From Macrostomum lignano (lineage: Eukaryota), in assembly GCA_002269645.1 (NCBI GenBank), contig NIVC01002065.1, forward strand, positions 1 to 64,000: DNA of 64,000 nt. The letters are read 5' to 3'. Made by a program: the position numbers and the translations under genes. The stretch's first letter is position 1, and every line of letters starts with the position of its first letter. Shown here piece by piece: positions 10,850-21,300 of this stretch. The notes under the pieces are model-generated. The model searched no databases, was not told where the DNA came from, and worked only from the letters and a program-made list of their open reading frames with translations.

Positions 10850-13800
10850 ATGCTGGCTCTGGAAGATGAAGACGCAGACGATGGAGCCCTGGCAGCTGAG
10901 GAGGAGGCGGAGATCGGCAGTGGAAGCCACAGTAGGAGTCTGACTCCCCAGCATCAGCAGCTTCTGCATCATCAGACTCCAACTAGGTAGATAAAACTCA
11001 TTTGTGTTGTCCCTCTCGTTACATTGCGTGAGTAACCATGCGAGTCACCTGTAGCTTAGGGCAAAATCCCATAATCCATTAGGATATTAAAGTGGGAACT
11101 CTTGCGGAAGTTTCAGTAAATCTCATGCAGTAGTGCTCATACAGCTGCAATAGTGCTCATACAGCTGCAATAGTGTTCATATAGCTGCAAAAGTGCTCAT
11201 AAAGCTGCAATAGTGCTCATACAGCTGCAATAGTGCTCATACAGCTGCAATAGTGCTCATACAGCTGCAATAGTGTTCATATAGCTGCAGTAGTGCTCAT
11301 ACAGCTGCAAAAGTGCTCATACAGCTGCAATAGTGCTCATACAGCTGCAAAAGTGCTCATACAGCTGCAGTAGTGCTCATACAGCTGCAATAGTGCTCAT
11401 ACAGCTGCAATAGTGCTCATACAGCTGCAATAGTGTTCATAAAGCTGCAATAGTGCTCATACAGCTGCAATAGTGCTCATACAGCTGCAATAGTGCTCAT
11501 ACAGCTGCAATAGTGTTCATATAGCTGCAGTAGTGCTCATACAGCTGCAATAGTGCTCATACAGCTGCAATAGTGCTCATACAGCTGCAATAGTGTTCAT
11601 AAAGCTGCAATAGTGCTCATACAGCTGCAATAGTGTTCATATAGCTGCAGTAGTGCTCATACAGCTGCAATAGTGCTCATACAGCTGCAATAGTGCTCAT
11701 ACAGCTGCAGTAGTGCTCATACAGCTGCAGTAGTGCTCATACAACTCATAAAGCTGCTCATGACCCGCATTTGATCCTCTACTGCAGGTGCTCAATGGGC
11801 AGTCTGGCGTCGACCTGGGAGCCCCCGCAGCACCAGCAGCTGCAGCCTCTCCAATCTCATCAACAGCGCCAGCAGGCGCACAGCTGCAAGACGCTCCAGC
11901 TGTTGGAACGCCGACGCAAGGTGGCCGCAGACGCGGACGGCGGCTCTACTTTTGGCGCCGCCTCCGAGTTTGCCGCGGTGCTGGGCGGATCGGCTTCGCC
12001 GTCACGGCAGCGGCTGCTCGAGCATCGGCATCATCAGCAGCAGCAGCCGCTCCGCTGTCTGTGGGCCGGCTGGGTGTTCATGTGCTGGGCCAGCGGCATG
12101 ATGGCTTCGGCGGCGTTTCTGCTGCCCTACTGGCTCAAGGGAAGCCGGGACAGCGCAGCCGCCGTCCCGGACTCTGCCGCGGCGGCCCGCCACCTCAGCG
12201 ATCTGGGACTCTTTCGCCTGTGCGCCTACCCGGCTCTGGGCCGGACGGCCGGGTTCAGTTGGTGCTGGACTGCGGGCACTATCGGCACCTCAGCGAGATC
12301 CCCAGCCCCGCCTGGCGTGCAGCCTTCGCTCTGATGGCCGCAGCCAGCTGCCTGACCCTGCTGCTCACCTTCTTCCTGGCCTTCAGCGGCTTCCGGCTGC
12401 TGGTGCTGCGCATCCGGCCGGTGCTAGTCGCCTGCGGCCTGGCTCAGCTCAGCGCGGGTGAGAACGATTTGATACTCTCGTATCTTCGCACTCTTGTACT
12501 CTCATACTCTCGCACTCTCGTACTGTCGTACTCTCGTACTGTCGTACTGTCGTACTCTCATACTGTCGTACTGTCGTACTCTCGTACTGTCGTACTCTCG
12601 TACTGTCGTACTCTCGTACTGTCGTACTCTCGTACTGTCGTACTCTCGTACTGTCGTACTCTCGTACTGTCGTACTCTCGTACTGTCGTACTGTCGTACT
12701 CTCGTACTGTCGTACTCGTACTGCTCATTCGAATACCCTTTAAAAATATTTATTGAAAACTTTCAGTCTCATCTCTGGGAGTGACTTACAGTTCAAGCAT
12801 CCTTGAAGGAATATTAGTCGCTATCCTTCTTTAACAAGTGCCTTGGAAGAGTGCTCATCTATCTTACTACATTGCGGGATTATTCACTGACCAAAAAATA
12901 AATATTAGAGCGGATATGTGAAAGTGGAAGAAAGTGAGAAGAGCAAAATTCGGAACAGATAGCGCCGCACATTTACAGTTGGAATTTCATTCCACTTTTC
13001 CTCTTCGAGCTATTCCCACCGGCAGGGAGAGGAGAAAAAGTATGGGAGAAAAATCCCAATCGGACCAGATCGTGATTGATGACGGGGGGCTGAGGCCGAT
13101 GGGGGAGAGTAAACAGTTTTATATGGCCCTATTTAAGTTCAGAGAATTCTTGAACCGTTCTGCCTTCCCCGCGCTTCCTTCTGAGCCAAAAATCTTCTTT
13201 CCGTGCGTGGCCTGGAGTTGCGCCCGCCCTCAGTTCGAGGGCTCCTCGACCTCCTCACCCACCAGTTCTGCTGCAATCAGAGCCTGTCTTCCCTGCGTTC
13301 TTGCGCTGCGTTTCTCAGCGAGTCTTCGTCTCAGCGCCTCTTCACCCTGATTCTTTGGATCTCGCCTTTGTCTCAGACTTTCGCCTTTGTCTCAGACTCA
13401 CTCGCCTTTGTCTCAGCCTCTTTCGCCTTTGTCTCAGCCTCTCTTGCCTTTGTCTCAGACTCTCTCACCTTTGTCTCAGATTCTCTCGCCTTTGTCTCAG
13501 ATTCTCTCGCCTTTGTCTCAGCCTCTCTCGCCTTTGTCTCAGCCTTTCGCTTTTGTCTCAGATTCTCTCGCCTTTGTCTCAGACTCTCTCGCCTTTGTCT
13601 CAGACTCGCTCGCCTTTGTCTCAGACTCTCTCGCCTTTGTCTCAGCCTCTCTCGCCTTTGTCTCAGCCTCTCTCGCCTTTGTCTCGGCCTCTCTCTCCTT
13701 TGTCTCAGCCTCTCTCGCCTTTGTCTCAGACTCTCTCGCCTTTGTCTCAGATTCTCTCGCCTTTGTCTCAGCCTCTCTCGCCTTTGTCTCAGCCTTTCGC

Positions 13801-16800
13801 TTTTGTCTCAGACTCTCTCGCCTTTGTCTCAGACTCTCTCTCCTTTGTCTCAGCCTCTCTCGCCTTTGTCTCAGACTCTCTCGCCTTTGTCTCAGCCTCT
13901 CTCGCCTTTGTCTCGGCCTCTCTCGCCTTTGTCTCGGCCTCTCTCTCCTTTGTCTCAGACTCTCTCTCCTTTGTCTCAGCCTCTCTCGCCTTTGTCTCAG
14001 ACTCTCTCGCCTTTGTCTCAGCCTCTCTCGCCTTTGTCTCGGCCTCTCTCGCCTTTGTCTCGGCCTCTCTCTCCTTTGTCTCAGACTCTCTCTCCTTTGT
14101 CTCAGCCTCTCTCGCCTTTGTCTCAGACTCTCTCGCCTTTGTCTCAGACTCTCTCGCCTTTGTCTCGGCCTCTCTCGCCTTTGTCTCGGCCTCTCTCTCC
14201 TTTGTCTCAGCCTCTCTCACCTTTGTCTCAGCCTCTCTCGCCTTTGTCTCAGACTCTCTCGCCTTTGTCTCGGCCTCTCTCGCCTTTGTCTCGGCCTCTC
14301 TCGCCTTTGTCTCGGCCTCTCTCTCCTTTGTCTCAGCCTCTCTCGCCTTTGTCTCAGACTCTCTCGCCTTTGTCTCAGATTCTCTCGCCTTTGTCTCAGC
14401 CTCTCTCGCCTTTGTCTCAGCCTTTCGCTTTTGTCTCAGACTCTCTCGCCTTTGTCTCAGACTCTCTCTCCTTTGTCTCAGCCTCTCTCGCCTTTGTCTC
14501 AGACTCTCTCGCCTTTGTCTCAGCCTCTCTCGCCTTTGTCTCGGCCTCTCTCGCCTTTGTCTCGGCCTCTCTCTCCTTTGTCTCAGCCTCTCTCGCCTTT
14601 GTCTCAGACTCTCTCGCCTTTGTCTCAGATTCTCTCGCCTTTGTCTCAGCCTCTCTCGCCTTTGTCTCAGACTCTCTCGCCTTTGTCTCAGCCTCTCTCG
14701 CCTTTGTCTCGGCCTCTCTCGCCTTTGTCTCGGCCTCTCTCGCCTTTGTCTCAGCCTCTCTCGCCTTTGTCTCAGACTCTCTCGCCTTTGTCTCAGACTC
14801 TCTCTCCTTTGTCTCAGCCTCTCTCGCCTTTGTCTCAGACTCTCTCGCCTTTGTCTCAGCCTCTCTCGCCTTTGTCTCGGCCTCTCTCGCCTTTGTCTCG
14901 GCCTCTCTCTCCTTTGTCTCAGCCTCTCTCGCCTTTGTCTCAGACTCTCTCGCCTTTGTCTCAGCCTCTCTCGCCTTTGTCTCAGCCTCTCTCGCCTTTG
15001 TCTCAGACTCTCTCGCCTTTGTCTCAGACTCTCTCGCCTTTGTCTCAGACTCTCTCGCCTTTGTCTCAGACTCTCTCGCCTTTGTCTCAGCCTCTCTCGC
15101 CTTTGTCTCGGCCTCTCTCGCCTTTGTCTCGGCCTCTCTCTCCTTTGTCTCAGCCTCTCTCGCCTTTGTCTCAGACTCTCTCGCCTTTGTCTCAGATTCT
15201 CTCGCCTTTGTCTCAGCCTCTCTCGCCTTTGTCTCAGCCTTTCGCTTTTGTCTCAGACTCTCTCGCCTTTGTCTCGGCCTCTCTCGCCTTTGTCTCGGCC
15301 TCTCTCTCCTTTGTCTCAGCCTCTCTCGCCTTTGTCTCAGCCTCTCTCGCCTTTGTCTCAGCCTCTCTCGCCTTTGTCTTGGCCTCTCTCGCCTTTGTCT
15401 CAGACTCTCTCGCCTTTGTCTCAGACTCTCTCTCCTTTGTCTCAGCCTCTCTCGCCTTTGTCTCAGACTCTCTCGCCTTTGTCTCAGATTCTCTCGCCTT
15501 TGTCTCAGCCTCTCTCGCCTTTGTCTCAGCCTTTCGCTTTTGTCTCAGACTCTCTCGCCTTTGTCTCAGACTCTCTCGCCTTTGTCTCAGCCTCTCTCGC
15601 CTTTGTCTCAGACTCTCTCGCCTTTGTCTCAGCCTCTCTCGCCTTTGTCTCGGCCTCTCTCGCCTTTGTCTCGGCCTCTCTCTCCTTTGTCTCAGCCTCT
15701 CTCGCCTTTGTCTCAGACTCTCTCGCCTTTGTCTCAGATTCTCTCGCCTTTGTCTCAGCCTCTCTCGCCTTTGTCTCAGCCTTTCGCTTTGTCTCAGATT
15801 CTCTCGCCTTTGTCTCAGACTCTCTCTCCTTTGTCTCAGCCTCTCTCGCCTTTGTCTCAGACTCTCTCGCCTTTGTCTCAGCCTCTCTCGCCTTTGTCTC
15901 GGCCTCTCTCGCCTTTGTCTCGGCCTCTCTCTCCTTTGTCTCAGCCTCTCTCGCCTTTGTCTCAGCCTCTCTCGCCTTTGTCTCAGCCTCTCTCGCCTTT
16001 GTCTCGGCCTCTCTCGCCTTTGTCTCAGACTCTCTCGCCTTTGTCTCAGACTCTCTCTCCTTTGTCTCAGCCTCTCTCGCCTTTGTCTCAGACTCTCTCT
16101 CCTTTGTCTCAGCCTCTCTCGCCTTTGTCTCAGACTCTCTCGCCTTTGTCTCAGCCTCTCTCGCCTTTGTCTCAGACTCTCTCGCCTTTGTCTCAGATTC
16201 TCTCGCCTTTGTCTCAGCCTCTCTCGCCTTTGTCTCAGCCTTTCGCTTTTGTCTCAGATTCTCTCGCCTTTGTCTCAGACTCTCTCTCCTTTGTCTCAGC
16301 CTCTCTCGCCTTTGTCTCAGACTCTCTCGCCTTTGTCTCAGCCTCTCTCGCCTTTGTCTCGGCCTCTCTCGCCTTTGTCTCGGCCTCTCTCTCCTTTGTC
16401 TCAGCCTCTCTCGCCTTTGTCTCAGCCTCTCTCGCCTTTGTCTCAGCCTCTCTCGCCTTTGTCTCGGCCTCTCTCGCCTTTGTCTCAGACTCTCTCGCCT
16501 TTGTCTCAGACTCTCTCTCCTTTGTCTCAGCCTCTCTCGCCTTTGTCTCAGACTCTCTCTCCTTTGTCTCAGCCTCTCTCGCCTTTGTCTCAGACTCTCT
16601 CGCCTTTGTCTCAGCCTCTCTCGCCTTTGTCTCGGCCTCTCTCGCCTTTGTCTCGGCCTCTCTCTCCTTTGTCTCAGACTCTCTCTCCTTTGTCTCAGCC
16701 TCTCTCGCCTTTGTCTCAGACTCTCTCGCCTTTGTCTCAGACTCTCTCGCCTTTGTCTCAGACTCTCTCTCCTTTGTCTCAGCCTCTCTCACCTTTGTCT

Positions 16801-18276
16801 CAGCCTCTCTCGCCTTTGTCTCAGACTCTCTCGCCTTTGTCTCAGACTCTCTCGCCTTTGTCTCAGACTCTCTCGCCTTTGTCTCAGACTCTCTCGCCTT
16901 TGTCTCAGCCTCTCTCGCCTTTGTCTCGGCCTCTCTCGCCTTTGTCTCGGCCTCTCTCTCCTTTGTCTCAGCCTCTCTCGCCTTTGTCTCAGATTCTCTC
17001 GCCTTTGTCTCAGCCTCTCTCGCCTTTGTCTCAGCCTTTCGCTTTTGTCTCAGACTCTCTCGCCTTTGTCTCGGCCTCTCTCGCCTTTGTCTCGGCCTCT
17101 CTCGCCTTTGTCTCAGACTCTCTCGCCTTTGTCTCAGATTCTCTCGCCTTTGTCTCAGCCTCTCTCGCCTTTGTCTCAGCCTTTCGCTTTTGTCTCAGAT
17201 TCTCTCGCCTTTGTCTCAGACTCTCTCTCCTTTGTCTCAGCCTCTCTCGCCTTTGTCTCAGACTCTCTCGCCTTTGTCTCAGCCTCTCTCGCCTTTGTCT
17301 CGGCCTCTCTCGCCTTTGTCTCGGCCTCTCTCTCCTTTGTCTCAGCCTCTCTCGCCTTTGTCTCAGCCTCTCTCGCCTTTGTCTCAGCCTCTCTCGCCTT
17401 TGTCTCGGCCTCTCTCGCCTTTGTCTCAGACTCTCTCGCCTTTGTCTCAGACTCTCTCTCCTTTGTCTCAGCCTCTCTCGCCTTTGTCTCAGACTCTCTC
17501 TCCTTTGTCTCAGCCTCTCTCGCCTTTGTCTCAGCCTCTCTCGCCTTTGTCTCAGCCTCTCTCGCCTTTGTCTCGGCCTCTCTCGCCTTTGTCTCGGCCT
17601 CTCTCTCCTTTGTCTCAGACTCTCTCTCCTTTGTCTCAGCCTCTCTCGCCTTTGTCTCAGACTCTCTCGCCTTTGTCTCAGACTCTCTCGCCTTTGTCTC
17701 AGACTCTCTCTCCTTTGTCTCAGCCTCTCTCACCTTTGTCTCAGCCTCTCTCGCCTTTGTCTTTGTCTCAGACTCTCTCGCCTTTGTCTCAGACTCTCTC
17801 GCCTTTTCCTCAGACTCTCTCGCCTTTGTCTCAGCCTCTCTCGCCTTTGTCTCAGACTCTCGACTCTGTCTTAAACTCTCTCGCCTCTGTCTCAGAATCT
17901 CTCGCCTTTGTCTCAGCCTCTCTCGCCTTTATCTCAGACTCTCTCGCCTTTGTCTCAGACTCTCTCGCCTTTGTCTCAGACTCTCTCGCCTAGTTATCTC
18001 AGTCTCCTGCGACCTCACAGTCAGCAGCCAGCAATCTCTCATCAAAGCTACAAATAAATCTATTGCGATTCTCCATCTCAAGAAGCACTAATTAACCTTT
18101 TTTAGCAAGCAGGCATCTCAGCGTGTCAGAACTGATCTCTACTCCTCCTATCTTAGATTTTCTATGTGCCAGAAGGCGGAGGGCCTGGCCTTTCTCTGTC
18201 TTGAGTCCCGGGGCAGCCATATCCCCGCCCATGAGTCCAGTTTTTATTTCCGTTGGCGCTAAGTCACTACGGCGTA

Positions 18277-18316
<40 letters not shown>

Positions 18317-21300
18317 CGCTTCCGAATTTTTTTCTCCCCATGTCAGCTCTCGGCCAGGGCGGCAAAGCAGTGGGGTGGGTGGTTCGAATCGCCGCAGGGT
18401 GGCAGAGTGTCCCAAAATGAGACGGGCTCGCCTACGACTACTATATCCTCTCGGCTTGCCTCTCTGCCCAGTCTCTTAGGGATAATTCTCCCAGCCGACA
18501 CAAGGCGCACGGAATCTTGGCAGCCGGGGTCTCCATCGCCCCAGGGGGGGGGGGGGCTGGGGCCATGTTCTGAGAGATGCTGCCGGCTGATTCCCATTTA
18601 CAGTTTTTCTTCTCACTCTGCCGCGTCTTGAAGCCCCCGACTCAGCTGGACAGCTCGAAAGCTCGGGGCTTGTCCTGTTTCTGTTAGATTTCCCTGCCAG
18701 CTGATTCTCACTCTGGCTCTGGCACACTGACCGCTGCTCTCCTCCCTCATCTCCCTCCTCTCCATCTGATCTTATCTTCCTTATCTCTCTCATCTCCCTT
18801 CTCTCCCTCCTCTCCCCCATCTCCCTCCTCTCCATCTGATCTTATCTTCTTTATCTCTCTCATCTCCCTTCTCTCCCTCCTCTCCCCCATCTCCCTCCTC
18901 TCCATCTGATCTTATCTTCCTTATCTCTCTCATCTCCCTTCTCTCCCTCCTCTCCCTCATCTCCCTCATCTCCATCTGATCTTATCTTCCTTATCTCTCT
19001 CATCTCCCTTCTCTCCCTCCTCTCCCTCATCTCCCTCATCTCTCTACTCTCCCTTTTCCTTCTCCTCTCACTCCTCTCCCTCCATCCTCTCCCTCATCTC
19101 CCTCATATCCCTTCTCTCCCTTCTCTCCCCATCTCCCTTATCTCCCTCATCTCCATACTCTCCTCTCCCTTATTTCCCTTATCTTCATACTCTCTCCTCT
19201 CCCTTCTTTTCCCATGTCTCTCCACCCCAGCCTGAAGTGCTTCCTCGCAACCTCCGCACATGTCTCTCCCATTCGCACCCGGTGCTTTTTGCTTCTTCAT
19301 CCAGCACTCGCAGGGCTGTCCTGTCCCGGCCAGTGCTTGCCTTGCGCCTCAACTCAGACTTAAAGATTTCCCAAGGCGTTTCAGCCCTCCCGGGGCGGCC
19401 CGCCCAGCATAGCAAATTAGCCGCTCTAAGGATTAATTAATTAACTAATTAATTCGCTGTAAAAGCATCGATAATATCGATAAAGCAATTCAAAAAGTGG
19501 AGCGCGCCGTATTTGGCGGCTAAACTGCAGGTGATCATAAATATTTAATGAATACAGAAAGCTCTCAGTCCCCTTGTTGCTATACCAGCCTTCCAGTGTG
19601 AGGGTATGGCTAATGCTCCATATGTGAGGGAGTTGTTTCATTGCTGAGTTTCTTCTCCCGGCGGCCAAATGTCTGCTTTTGCGGCTCCAACTGCGGGGCC
19701 CATCTGCTCCATGTGTTGCTGGCTGCTGTGGCGAGGGAGGCCTCTATCAGCCCCGTCATGGTTTGCTCTCGGCTGCTCTTGTTTGATGTGCCAACTTGTT
19801 CTGGGACTCATTTTGTACCTCATTGACTTCTGGGGGCTCCTTAGCAACCGCTGTTTTTTATTTCTTCAGCTTTACCCCCCCCCCTGCTAACTGCAGATAC
19901 ATCTCTATCCATCTCTATTCATCTCTATCCATCTCTATCTATCTCTATCCATCTCTATCCATCTCTATCCATCTCTATCCATCTCTATCCATCTCTATCC
20001 ATATCTATTCATCTCTATCCATCTCTATTCATCTCTACCCATCTCTATCCATCTCTATCTATCTCTATCCATCTCTATCCATCTCTATCTATATCTATTC
20101 ATCTCTATCCATCTCTATCCATCTCTATCCATCTCTATCCATCTCTATCCATCTTTATCCATCTCTATCCAACTACTACAGTATATTTAATGCCCCAGCC
20201 CCTAAAGCCAAATGCAGTTTATAAAAGCTCGCCGTGGCAACTAGCTGAATAAAAAATCCCCTCAAAAGCCTCTCCCACCTCTCTCCCCCTGCTCATCCAT
20301 CAGCGATCTGCATTTTGCTCACCTGCCTGCTCTACCCGATCGGTTGGTCGGCAAACCCGGACGTGGCGCAGGTGTGCGGCAGCTCCGCCAGATCTTTTCG
20401 ACTCGGTGAGCCAAAATAATTTGCTCTTGATTGAGTTCACGACTAGCTTGTATCTGGGGAGGGGGACAGCGGCTTGGCGGTTTACTCAGTCTGACTCCAA
20501 GCCAAAGTACCCGGGTTCAATTCCTGACACATTCCTGACACAATTCTGACACATTTTTTAACGCATTCCTGACAAAATTCTGACACATTCCTGACACATT
20601 TCTGTCACATTCCTGACACATTTTTTAACACATTCCTGACACATTCCTGACACATTCCTGACACATTTTTTAACACATTCCTGACAAAATTCTGACACAT
20701 TCCTGACACATTTCTGTCATATTCAAGACACGTTTTTGAACACACTCCTGTCACATTTCTGACACGTTCCTGTCACATTTCTGAAACGTTCCTGACACGT
20801 GCCTGAACACATTCCTGACACATTCCTGACACATTCCTGACACGTTTTTGAACACATTCCTGATACAATCCTGACACATTCCTAAACACACTCCTGTAAC
20901 ATTCCTGACAGATTGCTGTCACATTCCTGACACATTTCTGAACACAATCCTGACACATTCCTAAACACACTCCTGTCACATTCCTGACACATTTCTGAAC
21001 GCAATCCTGACAAATTCCTTGATTGCGGCAGCCTAACAAAAACAAGCAAAATTGAACTAGTAAGTACCAGTAGTATATAGGCAGTAGTTTTAGCAAGCAT
21101 GACAATATGTATTTATTTTCTTCAAGTTTCAAAGAACTGAAAGGAATTTGTCCCATTTCTTAGTTGTCAATGCTCATTCGGTTTCCTGACACTGGCCGCT
21201 GCACGGAATGGGTTTTAAAAGGAATAGTGGAGGCTGGTTAGCTTTCTCTTTAATTGGAACAAATGCGGCACAGACAACCACTGCGCACTGTGACTGATGG

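Noticed and set aside
13203-18091. Three ~1500-aa plus-strand ORFs
   Set aside because: They are translations of a stop-free 21-bp satellite in all three frames, inside an LHFPL intron, with no domain content.
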